The notes: a model not told the origin generated them from the sequence alone. A stretch of DNA of 64,000 bases from Hydrogenophaga sp. (GCF_019264445.1 NZ_JAHVAB010000062.1:16663-80662), one strand, 5' to 3'; shown: positions 28,903-42,407, counted from the first letter of the stretch. Made by a program: numbers and translations.

Positions 28903-30396
28903 TCAGTTTTCTTTCTTTTCTTCTTCGCGCACCGACAGCGTCTTGCTCACCATCACAGGGCGCCCCTTCAGCTGGTTGAGGGCCTGCTGCAGCTGGAAGT
29001 CCTTGTCGGTGCCGAACTCGGGCACCAGGCGCTGGTTCGGGTTCTTCTTGGCCTCTTCTTCGAGTCGCTTGCGGGCTGCTTCGCGTGCCTCTTCCCGTTG
29101 CTGGGAAGCCGCGCGCTCTGCGTCGGTCATGCCTTGAGCGCCCTTGGCAGCCTCGGTGCCGTTGTTCAGGTGTTTCTGCAGATCGGCTTCCCGGGTGCGC
29201 AGTGCGGCAAACACGTTACCTTCCTGCGTCTCGTCCACCATCACGTCGGGCACGATGCCCTTGGCCTGAATGGAGTTGCCCGACGGGGTGTAGTAGCGCG
29301 CCGTGGTGAGCTTGAGCCCGGTGTCCGGACCCAGGGGGCGGACCGTTTGAACCGAACCCTTGCCGAACGTCTGGCTGCCCAGCACGGTTGCGCGCTTGTG
29401 GTCCTGCAGTGCACCAGCAACGATTTCGCTGGCAGAGGCAGAGCCTTCATTGACCAGCACCACCAGAGGAACGCGCTTGAGGGCACCCTGCGTGTTGTCG
29501 GTCAGGCGCTTGATCGGGTCTGTACCACCGCGGCGCAGGTAGTGCTGCGGGATGGCCTTGTAAGTGAATTTGCTGTCTTCCAGCTGGCCGTTGGTGGACA
29601 CCACGGTCACGTTTTCGGGCAGGAAGGCTGCGGAGAGTGCCACGGCGGCGTCGAGCAGGCCGCCCGGGTCGTTGCGCAGGTCCAGCACGAGGCCCTTGAG
29701 ATTCGGGTCGGCCTTATAGATGTCTTCCATCTTGCGAGCGAAGTCTTCAATCGTGCGCTCCTGGAACTGGGATACGCGCACCCACGCGTAACCGGGTTCC
29801 ACCACCCGTGACTTCACGCTCTGCGTCTTGATTTCCTCGCGCGTGATGGTCACGGGGAACGTGCGGTTCTCGTCCTTGCGGAAGATGCTCAGCAGCACCT
29901 TGGTGCGCGGTTCGCCGCGCATCAGCTTGACGGCGTCGTTGATGCTCAGGCCCTTGACTTGCGTGTCGTCGATCTTGGTGATCAGGTCGCCGGTCTTCAG
30001 GCCCGCACGGAAGGCTGGGGAATCCTCAATGGGCGAGACCACCTTGACCAGGCCGTCTTCCATGGTGATTTCGATGCCCACACCCACGAAACGCCCGCTG
30101 GTGCCTTCGCGGAATTCCTTGAAGGACTTCTTGTCGAAATACTGCGAGTGCGGATCGAGGCTGGCCACCATGCCGGTGATGGCTTCGGAGATCAGCTTCT
30201 TCTCGTCCACCGGCTCGACGTAGTCGCTCTTGACCATGCCAAAAACGGCGGCGAGCTGCTGCAGCTCCTCAAGGGGCAAGGGTGCCAGTGCGCCGCGTGC
30301 GACCGCCTGCACCTGGACCGTGGTCAGTGCACCAGCCACCGCGCCAATCGCCACCCAGCCTGCAATTTTCAGCTTGTGACTCACCAGTTTTGCCAT
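28903..30396 (-). CDS. ctpA: S41 family carboxy-terminal processing protease with PDZ domain
   Basis: LDPHS, GVGIEI, DLRNDPGG, GSASASEI, TFGKGSVQ. Start could be GTG about 12 nt downstream. Confidence 0.92.
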   Translation of the reverse strand: MAKLVSHKLKIAGWVAIGAVAGALTTVQVQAVARGALAPLPLEELQQLAAVFGMVKSDYVEPVDEKKLISEAITGMVASLDPHSQYFDKKSFKEFREGTSGRFVGVGIEITMEDGLVKVVSPIEDSPAFRAGLKTGDLITKIDDTQVKGLSINDAVKLMRGEPRTKVLLSIFRKDENRTFPVTITREEIKTQSVKSRVVEPGYAWVRVSQFQERTIEDFARKMEDIYKADPNLKGLVLDLRNDPGGLLDAAVALSAAFLPENVTVVSTNGQLEDSKFTYKAIPQHYLRRGGTDPIKRLTDNTQGALKRVPLVVLVNEGSASASEIVAGALQDHKRATVLGSQTFGKGSVQTVRPLGPDTGLKLTTARYYTPSGNSIQAKGIVPDVMVDETQEGNVFAALRTREADLQKHLNNGTEAAKGAQGMTDAERAASQQREEAREAARKRLEEEAKKNPNQRLVPEFGTDKDFQLQQALNQLKGRPVMVSKTLSVREEEKKEN

Positions 30397-30535
30397 CGAA
30401 ATACCCCAGTAAAAAAGCCCGTGCAGGGCCTGCGTGACCCTGTCGGGCCAATATACACCTTGGAGCATCGCCAACGGCTTCGGTTCCCCAGGCTCACCGC
30501 GGGGTTTCCCGGGATGCCGTGACGAATCGACGGTT

Positions 30536-31279
30536 TCAGGCCTTGCCCTGCGCGGCCACGGCGGCAGCGGCCTTGGCAGCAGCCTCGGCGTCACCCAGGT
30601 AGTGGTGGCGGATGGGCTGCAGGTTCGCGTCGAGTTCGTAGACCAGCGGAATGCCGTTGGGGATGTTCACGCCCACGATGTCGTTGTCGGAAATGCCGTC
30701 CAGGTACTTCACCAGGGCGCGAATGCTGTTGCCGTGTGCGGCCACCACCACGCGCTTGCCGGCCTTGATGGCCGGCGCCATGGCTTCGTTCCAGAAGGGC
30801 AAGACACGTGCCACGGTGTCCTTGAGGCACTCGGTCAAAGGCACTTCCTCGGGCTTGAGGCGGTCGTAGCGGCGGTCACCGCGCTCGCTGCGGGGGTCGG
30901 TCGGTTCCAGCGCGGGTGGCGGCGTGTCGTAGCTGCGGCGCCAGACCAGCACCTGCTCGTCGCCGTATTGCTTGGCCATGTCGGCCTTGTTCAGGCCCTG
31001 CAGGGCGCCGTAGTGCCTTTCGTTGAGGCGCCAGCTGTGCACCACGGGCAGCCAGGTGCGGTCCATTTCGTCCAGGGCGTGCCACAGGGTGCGCGTGGCG
31101 CGTTTGAGCACGCTCGTGTAGGCCAGGTCGAAGTCGTAGCCCTCGGCCTTGAGCAGGCGCCCCGCATTTTTGGCCTGCTCCAGCCCCGTCGGCGTGAGGT
31201 CGACGTCGGTCCAGCCGGTGAAGCGGTTTTCCAGATTCCAGGTGGATTCGCCATGGCGAATCAGGACGAGTTTGTACAT
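30536..31279 (-). CDS. gpmA: 2,3-bisphosphoglycerate-dependent phosphoglycerate mutase
   Basis: [29 protein letters not shown]. Confidence 0.96.
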   Translation of the reverse strand: MYKLVLIRHGESTWNLENRFTGWTDVDLTPTGLEQAKNAGRLLKAEGYDFDLAYTSVLKRATRTLWHALDEMDRTWLPVVHSWRLNERHYGALQGLNKADMAKQYGDEQVLVWRRSYDTPPPALEPTDPRSERGDRRYDRLKPEEVPLTECLKDTVARVLPFWNEAMAPAIKAGKRVVVAAHGNSIRALVKYLDGISDNDIVGVNIPNGIPLVYELDANLQPIRHHYLGDAEAAAKAAAAVAAQGKA

Positions 31280-31427
31280 GGGAAGGGCGTGCGTTGAGGG
31301 TCGGAAAGGGCTGGAAGGGGGGCGACAGGCCACACAATCGGGCCGGTCCTGCGGGTGCTGGCCAGACGTGGCCGGCGCTGCGCAGTCAGGCATTCTAAAA
31401 TCGCCGGCTTACTCGAAAGGTGTCTCT

Positions 31428-31838
31428 GTGAGTTTCTTCCTCGAAAACTGGGTTCTGTTCGCCGTGGCCATCACATCTGGTGCCTTTCTGTTGTGGCCGC
31501 TGGCCTCTTCGGGGGCCCGGGCGGGTTCTCTCAATGCAGCCCAGGCGGTTCAGCTGATGAACCGCGAAAAAGCCGTGGTGGTGGATGTGCGAGATGCCGC
31601 CGGCTTCGCATCGGGCCACATCATTGGCGCCAAGAACCTGCCGCTGGCCGACCTGGAGGCTAAGCTGCCCGGTGCCGTCAAGAACAAGGCCACCCAGGTG
31701 ATCCTGGTCTGTGCAAACGGCGCCTCTGCCAACAAAGGCGTGGCCATCGCCAAGAAGCTGGGCTACGACAACGCGCAATCCCTGACGGGTGGCATGGGTG
31801 CGTGGCGCGCCGCCAACCTGCCCGTGGAAAAAACCTGA
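31428..31838 (+). CDS. Rhodanese-like domain protein (YibN-like)
   Basis: N-terminal TM, VVDVRD, GHIIGA, LVCANG, LTGGMGAW. GTG start. Confidence 0.85.
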   Translation: MSFFLENWVLFAVAITSGAFLLWPLASSGARAGSLNAAQAVQLMNREKAVVVDVRDAAGFASGHIIGAKNLPLADLEAKLPGAVKNKATQVILVCANGASANKGVAIAKKLGYDNAQSLTGGMGAWRAANLPVEKT

Positions 31839-31878
31839 TCATTCGGGCTACTTTCCACCCGATTGACAGGAACTGCAC

Positions 31879-32136
31879 ATGGCCAAGGTCAAGATGTTCA
31901 CCAGCGCGTACTGCCCGTATTGCAGCCGGGCCCGCGCCTTGCTGGATCGGCGGGGCGTGGTGGATCTTGAAGAGGTGTTTGTGGACGGCAAGCCCGAGTT
32001 GCGCGCCCAGATGACCCAACTCACCGGTCGCACTAGCGTGCCCCAGATCTTCATTGGCAACACCCATGTGGGCGGTTGCGACGACCTGCACGCGCTGGAT
32101 GGGCGTGGTGGTCTGGTGCCGATGTTGCAGGCCTGA
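31879..32136 (+). CDS. grxC: Glutaredoxin 3
   Basis: CPYC, TSVPQIFI, GGCDDL. Confidence 0.93.
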   Translation: MAKVKMFTSAYCPYCSRARALLDRRGVVDLEEVFVDGKPELRAQMTQLTGRTSVPQIFIGNTHVGGCDDLHALDGRGGLVPMLQA

Positions 32137-32180
32137 GTGGCCGGGTACGGTCTTGCCGGGCTGACATAATCGGCCCAGCG

Positions 32181-32221
32181 CCCGCCGCAGGGACTCGTTC
32201 CCCCGGCGGGTTTGTTTTTTC
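32181..32221 (+). terminator. GC hairpin plus U-tract between grxC and secB
   Basis: cccgccg...ggga/tccc...cggcggg followed by tttgtttttt. Confidence 0.5.
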
Positions 32222-32247
32222 TATCCCGACCCATTCGAGACACCACC

Positions 32248-32706
32248 ATGGCAGAAAACCAGGATCCCATCTTTCAGATTCAACGCGTCTACCTCAAGGA
32301 AGCCTCGCTGGAGCAGCCCAATTCCCCGGCCATCCTGCTGGAGCAGGAGCAGCCCACGGTGGATATCCAGCTCGGCGTGGAAGCCAGCCCGGTGGCCGAC
32401 GGCGTTTACGAGGTGTGTGTGACCGCCACCGTGACGACGAAGATCAAGGACAAGACGGTGTTTCTGGTGGAGGCCAAGCAGGCCGGCATCTTCGAAATCC
32501 GCAACCTGCCGCAGGAACAGATGGGTCCGATCATGGGCATCGCCTGCCCGCAGATCGTCTATCCGTACCTGCGCAGCAACGTGGCGGACATTGTTCAGCG
32601 CGGCGGCTTCCCGCCCGTGCACCTGGCAGAAATCAACTTCCAGGCCATGTACGAGCAGCAACAGGCCCAGGCCGGCGAAGACGCCCCGCGCATCGTCACG
32701 CAGTAA
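32248..32706 (+). CDS. secB: Protein-export chaperone SecB
   Basis: [31 protein letters not shown]. Confidence 0.96.
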   Translation: MAENQDPIFQIQRVYLKEASLEQPNSPAILLEQEQPTVDIQLGVEASPVADGVYEVCVTATVTTKIKDKTVFLVEAKQAGIFEIRNLPQEQMGPIMGIACPQIVYPYLRSNVADIVQRGGFPPVHLAEINFQAMYEQQQAQAGEDAPRIVTQ

Positions 32707-32725
32707 GCCGTCCCGCCCAGGACCG

Positions 32726-33757
32726 ATGAACATCGTTGTGCTCGGAGCGGGCGCCTGGGGCACCGCACTGGCCATCGGCGCTGCGTCGCAAGACGGTCAA
32801 TTCCGCCAGGTGACGCTGTGGGCGCGCGACGCCCGACAGGCTGCCGAGATGCGCGAGCAGCGCGAAAACCGGCGCTATCTCCCGGGTGTTGCCTTGCCGC
32901 CCACCGTGACGATTGACAGCCGTCCGCTGGATGCCACTTCGTCTGGCGCGGTGCTGGCGCAAGCCGACCTCGTGATCATTGGCACGCCCATGGCGGGCCT
33001 GCGCGGCATGCTGGCGCTGCTGGCGGCGCACCCTGCGCCGGTGGCGTGGCTCTGCAAGGGTTTTGAAGCGCCGGTGCACGGTGATGCCGGCAGCGGCGGC
33101 TTGCTGGGCCACGAAATCCGCGCACAGGTGGCGCCTCGCCTCAAGGCCGGCGTGCTCAGCGGTCCGAGTTTTGCGCAGGAAGTGGCGCGGGGCCAGCCCA
33201 CGGCGCTGGTGGCTGCCAGCGAACATGCGAGCGTGCGCGACGTGCTCGTCGCGGCTTTTCATGGACCCGCCTTGCGCGTGTACGCCAACGACGACATCGT
33301 GGGCGTGGAAGTGGGGGGCGCCGTGAAAAACGTGCTGGCGATTGCCACGGGCCTGTGCGATGGCCTGGATCTGGGCTTGAACGCCCGTGCTGCCCTGGTC
33401 ACGCGGGGGCTCGCGGAAATGACGCGTCTGGGCCTGGCGCTCGGCGCGCGCGCCGACACCTTCATGGGGCTGTCCGGGTTGGGCGATCTGGTGCTCACGG
33501 CGACCGGCGACCTGTCGCGCAACCGCCGCGTGGGGCAGTTGCTGTCGCAGGGCATGACACTGCAGCAGGCGCTGGACTCGTTGGGTCACGTGGCCGAGGG
33601 TGTGTACAGCGCCCGCACGGTGGTGCAGCGCGCCCGCTTGCTGGGTGTGGACATGCCGATCAGCGAGGCGGTGGTGGCCTTGCTGGAAGGCCGGCTTCGC
33701 CCTGCGCAGGCCGTGGCCGCGCTCATGGGGCGCGATCCCAAGGACGAGGGCCTGTAG
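32726..33757 (+). CDS. gpsA: NAD(P)H-dependent glycerol-3-phosphate dehydrogenase
   Basis: [35 protein letters not shown]. Confidence 0.96.
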   Translation: MNIVVLGAGAWGTALAIGAASQDGQFRQVTLWARDARQAAEMREQRENRRYLPGVALPPTVTIDSRPLDATSSGAVLAQADLVIIGTPMAGLRGMLALLAAHPAPVAWLCKGFEAPVHGDAGSGGLLGHEIRAQVAPRLKAGVLSGPSFAQEVARGQPTALVAASEHASVRDVLVAAFHGPALRVYANDDIVGVEVGGAVKNVLAIATGLCDGLDLGLNARAALVTRGLAEMTRLGLALGARADTFMGLSGLGDLVLTATGDLSRNRRVGQLLSQGMTLQQALDSLGHVAEGVYSARTVVQRARLLGVDMPISEAVVALLEGRLRPAQAVAALMGRDPKDEGL

Positions 33758-34009
33758 TCAGGCCGCCGTCGGGGCGCAGCCTGCTGGCTTGAACACGCGT
33801 TCGGCAGAAGCCGGGTGGCGAGCCAGCGCGGCGGCGGGCCGGCGTGGGCGGCGCACCAGTTCACCACCGCAGTTCGGGCATGTGTGGTGCAGCCGCGTGT
33901 CCGCACAGTCGCTGCAGAAGGTGCACTCAAAGGTGCAGATGCGCGCTTCGGTGCTCTCGTTGGGCAGATCGCGGTTGCAGCATTCGCAGTTCGGTCGCAG
34001 TTGCAGCAT
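33758..34009 (-). CDS. DUF1272 Cys-rich protein
   Basis: MLQLRPNCECC...ICTFECTFC...CPNCGGELVRRP. Confidence 0.88.
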   Translation of the reverse strand: MLQLRPNCECCNRDLPNESTEARICTFECTFCSDCADTRLHHTCPNCGGELVRRPRRPAAALARHPASAERVFKPAGCAPTAA

Positions 34010-34024
34010 CGTCGCCTCCAGGCA

Positions 34025-35795
<1,771 letters not shown>

Positions 35796-35868
35796 GTGGG
35801 GATCCCGCAGGGTTGGGGGGGTGGGTGAGAATCGGGGACTATAGTCCAAACCGCTATGCTTGCGCCCC

Positions 35869-36732
35869 ATGAAACACCTCTCTGAATTCACCCTGGCCGA
35901 CGTGCAGGAACTGGCCCGGCGCGATGTGGTGCAGGCGCTGGCCGAAGACGTGGGAAGCGGCGATCTGACCGCTGCGCTGGTGGATGGGGAGCGCCCGGCG
36001 AGCGCGCGCATTCTGGCGCGCGAGGCCGCGCTGATCTGCGGCACGCCATGGGTGGAAGCGGCCGTGCACGCGCTGGATCCACAGGCCCGGTTGACATGGC
36101 ACGTGGGCGAAGGCCAGCGTTGCACCGCCGACCAGACCGTGCTCACCATCGAAGGGCGTGCCCAGCCGCTGCTCACCGCCGAGCGCACGGCGCTGAATTT
36201 TCTGCAACTGCTCACGGCCGTGGCCACCAAGACCGCGACCTTCGTCGATGCCGTGGCCGGCACGCGCGCACAGATCGTGGACACGCGCAAGACGCTGCCG
36301 GGTCTGCGCCTGGCGCAGAAGTACGCGGTGAAGACGGGCGGCGGCGTGAACCACCGCATCGGTCTTTATGACGCCGTGCTGATCAAGGAAAACCACATTG
36401 CGGCAGCAGGTGGCGTGGCCCAGGTGCTGCAGCGCGTACGGGACACCGCACCCCAGGCGCGCTTCGTGGAGATTGAAGTGGAAACGCTGGCGCAACTCGA
36501 TGAAGCGCTGGCCTGTGGCGCCACCATGGTGCTGCTGGACAACATGGACATTCCCACGCTGCAGGCCGCCGTGGCGCGCAACGCCGGGCGCGCGGTGCTC
36601 GAAATCTCCGGGGGCGTGAATCTGGACGCCGTGCGCGGCCTTGCAGAAACCGGGGTCGACCGCATTTCCATCGGCGGCCTGACCAAAGACGTCAAGGCCA
36701 CCGACTTCTCCATGCGATTCCAGACGCTCTGA
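35869..36732 (+). CDS. nadC: Nicotinate-nucleotide diphosphorylase (carboxylating)
   Basis: [39 protein letters not shown]. Confidence 0.96.
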   Translation: MKHLSEFTLADVQELARRDVVQALAEDVGSGDLTAALVDGERPASARILAREAALICGTPWVEAAVHALDPQARLTWHVGEGQRCTADQTVLTIEGRAQPLLTAERTALNFLQLLTAVATKTATFVDAVAGTRAQIVDTRKTLPGLRLAQKYAVKTGGGVNHRIGLYDAVLIKENHIAAAGGVAQVLQRVRDTAPQARFVEIEVETLAQLDEALACGATMVLLDNMDIPTLQAAVARNAGRAVLEISGGVNLDAVRGLAETGVDRISIGGLTKDVKATDFSMRFQTL

Positions 36733-36759
36733 AGCGCTGGACCACCACGATTGACCGAC

Positions 36760-37872
36760 ATGAACACCCCCGACTCCAGCGCCGTCATTGACGTGGAATA
36801 CGAGCAGCCGGCGTGCCCCACGCAACACGCCTGGGCGCGCGTGCCGGTCGAGCCTGGCCCCAGGCAGCGCGCGGCACTCAAGGAGCGCATTCGCCAGCTG
36901 CTCAAAGCGCGCAACGCGGTGATGGTGTCGCACTACTACGTGCACCCGGACCTGCAAGACCTGGCCATTGAAACCGGCGGCATCGTGAGCGACTCGCTGG
37001 AGATGGCCCGCTTCGGCCGCGACCACGCGGCCACCACGCTGGTGGTCTCGGGTGTGCGCTTCATGGGCGAGACCGCCAAGATCCTGAGCCCGGAGAAAAC
37101 GGTGCTCATGCCCGACCTGGATGCCAACTGCTCACTGGACCTGGGCTGCCCGATCGACGAGTTCAGCGCTTTCTGTGATGCGCACCCGGACCGCACCGTG
37201 GTGGTCTACGCCAACACCAGCGCGGCCGTGAAGGCGCGGGCGGACTGGCTGGTCACGTCCAGCTGCGCGCTCGACATCGTGCGCGCGCTCAAGGACAAGG
37301 GCCACAAGATCCTGTGGGCGCCGGACAAGCACCTGGGCGCCTACATCCAGCGCGAGACGGGTGCCGACATGGTGATGTGGACCGGGTCGTGCATCGTGCA
37401 CGACGAGTTCAAGGCCTTCGAGCTCGAGGCCCTGAAGAAGGAGCATCCCCTTGCCAAGGTGCTGGTGCACCCGGAAAGCCCGGCCGACGTGATTGCGCTG
37501 GCGGATGCCGTGGGCTCGACCTCGGCCATCCTGAAGGCCGCGCGCACGCTGGACGCGCCCGAGTTCATCGTCGCCACCGACAACGGCATGATGCACATGC
37601 TGCGCCAGCAGAACCCGGGCAAGGTGTTCATCGAGGCGCCGACCGCCGGCAACAGCGCCACCTGCAAAAGCTGCGCACACTGCCCCTGGATGGCCATGAA
37701 CGGCCTGGCCGGTGTCGCGCAGATTCTGGAAAAAGGGCTCAACGAAATCCACGTCGATCCGGCGCTGATTCCCCGGGCGCGCCAGCCCATCGACCGCATG
37801 CTGGCCTTCACAGGCGCGCAGCGCAGCGGGCAGAACCCCGGCGCATTGGTGCCGAACATCGGCGCGGCCTGA
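36760..37872 (+). CDS. nadA: Quinolinate synthase
   Basis: SHYY, GDSL-like [32 protein letters not shown]. Confidence 0.96.
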   Translation: MNTPDSSAVIDVEYEQPACPTQHAWARVPVEPGPRQRAALKERIRQLLKARNAVMVSHYYVHPDLQDLAIETGGIVSDSLEMARFGRDHAATTLVVSGVRFMGETAKILSPEKTVLMPDLDANCSLDLGCPIDEFSAFCDAHPDRTVVVYANTSAAVKARADWLVTSSCALDIVRALKDKGHKILWAPDKHLGAYIQRETGADMVMWTGSCIVHDEFKAFELEALKKEHPLAKVLVHPESPADVIALADAVGSTSAILKAARTLDAPEFIVATDNGMMHMLRQQNPGKVFIEAPTAGNSATCKSCAHCPWMAMNGLAGVAQILEKGLNEIHVDPALIPRARQPIDRMLAFTGAQRSGQNPGALVPNIGAA

Positions 37873-37896
37873 ACGGTCGTTCTGGAGCACCGCAGA

Positions 37897-37970
37897 TCCG
37901 TTCGGGCTGAGCCTGTCGAAACCCCGGCACAGGCGCTGGTGAGCCCTTCGACAAGCTCAGGGCGAACGGA
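37897..37970. repeat. REP-like inverted repeat, copy 1 (between convergent nadA and nadB)
   Basis: Left arm tccgttcgggctgagcctgtcgaa and right arm ttcgacaagctcagggcgaacgga pair at 21/24 positions. A related copy lies at 49092-49165. Confidence 0.85.
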
Positions 37971-37978
37971 GGTGTTGA

Positions 37979-39574
37979 TCAGCGGGCGGGAGGAACCAGG
38001 ATCGTGGGTTTCGCCTCCGGCAACAGCCCGGGGTAATCGCGGCTGAAGTGCAGGCCACGGCTTTCGTGGCGCAGCATGGCCGACTGCACGATCAGGTCGG
38101 CCACCTGCACGAGGTTGCGCAGCTCCAGCAGGTCGCGCGTCACGTGGAACTGTGAGTAGAACTCCTGGATTTCACCTTGCAGCAATGCAATGCGGTGCGC
38201 CGCGCGCTCCAGCCGCTTGTTGGTGCGCACGATGCCGACGTAGTCCCACATGAAGCGGCGCAGCTCGTCCCAGTTGTGCGAGATCACGACGTGCTCGTCG
38301 GCGTCGGTCACGCGGCTGTCGTCCCACGACGGTGAGGCGGGGGCTTCGGGGCTGGCCGCCTGGCGGATGGCATTGACCGCACCCTGGGCGAACACCATGC
38401 ACTCCACCAGCGAGTTGCTGGCCAACCGGTTGGCGCCGTGCAGGCCGGTGCAGGTGGTTTCGCCCACGGCGTACAGACCGGCCAGGTCGGTGCGCCCAGC
38501 CAGGTCGGTGACGACGCCACCGCAGGTGTAATGCGCGGCGGGCACCACGGGAATGGGCTCGCGCGTGATGTCGATGCCCAGCTCCGCGCAGCGGGCGAGG
38601 ATGTTGGGGAAGTGCGCCTGCAGAAACTCGGGCGGTTGGTGCGAGATGTCCAGGTGCACGCAGTCCAGTCCGTGTTTCTTCATCTCGAAGTCGATGGCGC
38701 GCGCCACCACGTCGCGCGGTGCAAGCTCCGCGCGCGGGTCGTGGTCGGGCATGAAGCGGTGGCTGCCCAGGTGCGGCGGCAGCTTGAGGTGGCCGCCTTC
38801 GCCGCGCACCGCTTCCGTGATCAGGAAACTCTTGGCGTGCGGGTGATACAGGCAGGTCGGGTGAAACTGGATGAACTCCATGTTGCCGACCCGGCAGCCC
38901 GCGCGCCAGGCCGCGGCGATGCCGTCGCCCGTGGCGGTGTCGGGGTTGGTGGTGTACAGGTACACCTTGCCGGCGCCGCCCGTGGCCAGCACGGTGTGGG
39001 TCGCGTTGAAGGTCACCACTTCATCGCGTTCGGTGTCGAGCACGTAGGCGCCCGTGCAGCATGAGTCGGTGGGTGTGCCGCCTGGCTGGCGGTCGGTGAT
39101 GAGGTTCACCAGCATGTGGTGCTCGAACAGCCGGATATCGGGTGTGGCGCGTACGCGCTCGATCAGCGTGGCCTGCACCGCGGCACCGGTGGCGTCGGCG
39201 GCATGCACGATGCGGCGGTGGCTGTGGCCCCCTTCGCGCGTCAGGTGCAGTTCGCCGTCTTCCTGCGAAAAGGGCACGCCGAGTTCCTGCAGCCAGGCGA
39301 TGGCGGCGGGGGCGTTTTTCACCGTGAACTGCGTCGCCTCCAGGTCGCACAGGCCGGCGCCCGCCACCAGCGTGTCTTCCACGTGCGAGGCCACGCTGTC
39401 GCCTTCGGCCAGCACGGCCGCAATGCCGCCTTGCGCCCAGTTGCTGGAGCCATCGGCCAGCGCCCGTTTGGTGATGACCGCGACCCGGTGGGTGCGGGCC
39501 AGGTGCAGCGCGGCGGTGAGCCCGGCCAGGCCGCTGCCGATGATGAGAACGTCAAAGCGGTGCGAAGCGGTCAT
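37979..39574 (-). CDS. nadB: L-aspartate oxidase
   Basis: [53 protein letters not shown]. Confidence 0.96.
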   Translation of the reverse strand: MTASHRFDVLIIGSGLAGLTAALHLARTHRVAVITKRALADGSSNWAQGGIAAVLAEGDSVASHVEDTLVAGAGLCDLEATQFTVKNAPAAIAWLQELGVPFSQEDGELHLTREGGHSHRRIVHAADATGAAVQATLIERVRATPDIRLFEHHMLVNLITDRQPGGTPTDSCCTGAYVLDTERDEVVTFNATHTVLATGGAGKVYLYTTNPDTATGDGIAAAWRAGCRVGNMEFIQFHPTCLYHPHAKSFLITEAVRGEGGHLKLPPHLGSHRFMPDHDPRAELAPRDVVARAIDFEMKKHGLDCVHLDISHQPPEFLQAHFPNILARCAELGIDITREPIPVVPAAHYTCGGVVTDLAGRTDLAGLYAVGETTCTGLHGANRLASNSLVECMVFAQGAVNAIRQAASPEAPASPSWDDSRVTDADEHVVISHNWDELRRFMWDYVGIVRTNKRLERAAHRIALLQGEIQEFYSQFHVTRDLLELRNLVQVADLIVQSAMLRHESRGLHFSRDYPGLLPEAKPTILVPPAR

Positions 39575-39609
39575 GGTGTGGCGGTGCTGGAGCGGCCCGC
39601 GCGGGGCCT

Positions 39610-40458
39610 TCAGGCCGGCGTGTAGGCCAGGCGGACGTAGATGGGAGCGAAGGCTTCGGCCTGGGTCAGCTCGATGAGCGTTTCCTTGGCGAGCTCGAGC
39701 ATGGCGATGAAGGTGACCACCAGCACCGGCGAGCCCTGCGTGGGATCGAACAGGTCGCCGAACTCGACAAACTTGCGGCCTTGCAGGCGCCGCAACACGA
39801 TGCTCATGTGCTCGCGCACCGAGAGCTCCTCGCGGCTGATCTTGTGGTGCTGCACGAGCTTGGCGCGCTTGAGGATGTCGCGCCACGCGCCTTGCAGGTC
39901 GATGGCGTTCACGTCGGGGAAACGGGGCGCCAGCGCCTGCTCCACATAAACCTGGGCGCGCAGGAAATCGCGACCGTATTGAGGGCAGTCGGCGAGGCGG
40001 TGCGCGGCCAGCTTCATCTGCTCGTATTCGAGCAGGCGGCGCACCAGCTCGGCGCGCGGGTCTTCGGCTTCTTCGCCTTCGGCCGTCTTCTTTGGCGGCA
40101 GCAGCATGCGCGACTTGATCTCGATCAGCATCGCGGCCATCAGCAGGTATTCGGCCGCGAGTTCGAGGTTGCTGGCGCGGATTTCGTCGACGTACGTGAG
40201 GTACTGGCGCGTGACCGCCGCCATGGGGATGTCGAGGATGTTGAAGTTCTGCTTGCGGATCAGGTAGAGCAGCAAATCAAGCGGGCCTTCGAAGGCTTCC
40301 AGAAAGATCTGCAGCGCATCCGGCGGGATGTACAGGTCGCGCGGCATGGCGAACAGCGGTTCGCCGTAAAGCCTGGCCAGGGCCACATGGTCCACCACCG
40401 AGGGCAGGACGTCTTCCAGGCCCTGCGGGGCCTCGTTGAGCGTGTGCGGATCGCTCAT
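39610..40458 (-). CDS. scpA: Segregation and condensation protein A (kleisin)
   Basis: [39 protein letters not shown]. The ORF-track 949-aa call is an upstream extension. Confidence 0.92.
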   Translation of the reverse strand: MSDPHTLNEAPQGLEDVLPSVVDHVALARLYGEPLFAMPRDLYIPPDALQIFLEAFEGPLDLLLYLIRKQNFNILDIPMAAVTRQYLTYVDEIRASNLELAAEYLLMAAMLIEIKSRMLLPPKKTAEGEEAEDPRAELVRRLLEYEQMKLAAHRLADCPQYGRDFLRAQVYVEQALAPRFPDVNAIDLQGAWRDILKRAKLVQHHKISREELSVREHMSIVLRRLQGRKFVEFGDLFDPTQGSPVLVVTFIAMLELAKETLIELTQAEAFAPIYVRLAYTPA

Positions 40459-40468
40459 GCCCGGCCGA

Positions 40469-40681
40469 TCAGGTGTGGTCGGAGCCGGTCTGGTAGACGT
40501 AGGGCTTCTGGGGCACGCGGGCGGCTTCGGCCTTGGCCTGGAATTCGCGGTCGATCTGCTTGTCCCAGAGCAGGGCGCGGCCCTGGCGCTGCGACTGCTC
40601 CAGCCCGGGCTTGCCGGCCTTGAGCTGTTCAATGAACTGCGTCGTGTCGGAGGTGTAGTCGGGGCGGCGGAAGAAGGGCAT
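40469..40681 (-). CDS. DUF3460 family protein
   Basis: YTSDTTQFIEQLK...GRALLWDK...VPQKPYVYQ. Confidence 0.85.
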   Translation of the reverse strand: MPFFRRPDYTSDTTQFIEQLKAGKPGLEQSQRQGRALLWDKQIDREFQAKAEAARVPQKPYVYQTGSDHT

Positions 40682-40763
40682 GGTGGGCTGGCTCGGTGCG
40701 CGGAAGGAAAGACGGCGATTTTACCGGGCCGCCCTGTTCGGCGCCTTCCGGGCGCCCGGGGCC

Positions 40764-42407
40764 TTACTGGCAGGTGTGCAGGCGCTGGGCGAAACCGGAG
40801 CGCTCGATCAGCGAGCGGGGCTGGGCATGCAGGCCGACCATGCCCAGGTGCCCGCCGCGTTTGTGCACCGCCTTGTGCAGCTGCTCCAGGGCGTCCAGCC
40901 CGGTGGTGTCCAGCGAAATCATGTGGCTGGCATCGAGCATCACGTTCAGGGGCGTGGGCGAGCGTTCGACGTCGGCGACGATGGGGTCGATCTTGGCCAC
41001 GGCGCCAAAGAACAGCGAGCCATACAGCCGGTAGGTGGCCTGCTGCTCGGTGCGGGCCACCGGCTCGGCACGAAAGATCTCGCTCTGGCGCCGCACGAAC
41101 AGCACCACCGCCAGCACCAGCCCGAGTTCGACTGCCACGGTCAGGTCGAAGACGATGGTGAGGAAGAAGGTGGACAGCATCATCAACCGGTAGTGGTTGC
41201 TGAACTGCCGCAGGCGCCCGAATTCGCGCCATTCGCCCATGTTCCACGCCACGAACAGCAGCACGCCGGCCAGCACCGCCAGCGGAATGTGGAAAGCCAG
41301 TGGCGCGGCCAGCAGCACCACCGCGGCCAGCGTGAGCGCGTGCACCATGCCCGCCACCGGCGAGACCGCGCCGGAGCGGATGTTGGTGACGGTGCGCGCG
41401 ATGGTGCCGGTGGCGGGCATGCCGCCGAAGAAGGGCACCACGGTGTTGGCAATGCCTTGCGCCATGAGTTCCTGGTTCGGGTCGTGCTTGGGCGCTTCGC
41501 CCAGCTGGTCGGCCACGCGCGCGCACAGCAGCGACTCGACGGCGCCCAGCAGCGCAATGGTGAGCGTGGGCGTGACCAGCAGGCGCACGGTTTCCCAGGA
41601 AAAGTCGGGCAGCTCGAACACGGGCAGGCCAGACGGCACGCCGCCAAAGCGCGTACCGATGGTCTCCACCGGCAGGCTCAACGCCCAGGCCAGCAGGGTC
41701 AGGCTGACCAGCGCGACCACCGGGCCCGGCAGGCGCGAAGTGGCCTTCAGGGCGCTGACCCGATCGAGCGCGGCGATCTGGCGGCGAAACTGCGAGTCCA
41801 CCGCCCACAGGCGGGGCCACACGAACAGCCCGAGCACGCACAGCCCGCCCAGGGCGAACGCGAACGGATTGAAACTGCCGATGTGCTGCGCCAGCGCGTT
41901 CATCTGGCCGAAGAAGCTGCCGGGCATCTTGGCGATCTCCAGCCCGAGCAGGTCGCGCACCTGCGACAGCGCGATCAGCACGGCAATGCCGTTGGTGAAA
42001 CCGATCACCACGCTCACCGGCACGTACCGCACCAGCGTGCCCAGGCGGAAGAGGCCCAGCAGGAACAGCAGCACGCCCGCGCTGGCGGTGGCGATCAGCA
42101 GGTTGGCCACGCCATAGCGCTCCACGATGCCGTAGACGATGACGATGAAGGCACCTGCCGGGCCACCGATCTGCATCGACGTGCCGCCCAGCGCGGAGAT
42201 CAGGAAGCCCGCAATGATCGCGGTCCACAAGCCCGCTTCGGGCTTGAGGCCACTGGCGATGGCAAACGCCATGGCCAGGGGCAGCGCCACGATGCCCACC
42301 GTGGCGCCTGCGCCCACATCGCGCGCGAGCTTGTCCCGGTTGTAACCCCGCAGGTCCTGGATCAGCCGGGGACGAAACGGAGCCAGTGGTGGCAGGCCTT
42401 GAAGCAT
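40764..42407 (-). CDS. SulP family anion transporter with C-terminal STAS domain
   Basis: LPLAMAFAIASG, IGGPAGAF, AVESLLCA, GGMPATG, STAS (LYGSLFFG...DTTG). Confidence 0.92.
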   Translation of the reverse strand: MLQGLPPLAPFRPRLIQDLRGYNRDKLARDVGAGATVGIVALPLAMAFAIASGLKPEAGLWTAIIAGFLISALGGTSMQIGGPAGAFIVIVYGIVERYGVANLLIATASAGVLLFLLGLFRLGTLVRYVPVSVVIGFTNGIAVLIALSQVRDLLGLEIAKMPGSFFGQMNALAQHIGSFNPFAFALGGLCVLGLFVWPRLWAVDSQFRRQIAALDRVSALKATSRLPGPVVALVSLTLLAWALSLPVETIGTRFGGVPSGLPVFELPDFSWETVRLLVTPTLTIALLGAVESLLCARVADQLGEAPKHDPNQELMAQGIANTVVPFFGGMPATGTIARTVTNIRSGAVSPVAGMVHALTLAAVVLLAAPLAFHIPLAVLAGVLLFVAWNMGEWREFGRLRQFSNHYRLMMLSTFFLTIVFDLTVAVELGLVLAVVLFVRRQSEIFRAEPVARTEQQATYRLYGSLFFGAVAKIDPIVADVERSPTPLNVMLDASHMISLDTTGLDALEQLHKAVHKRGGHLGMVGLHAQPRSLIERSGFAQRLHTCQ

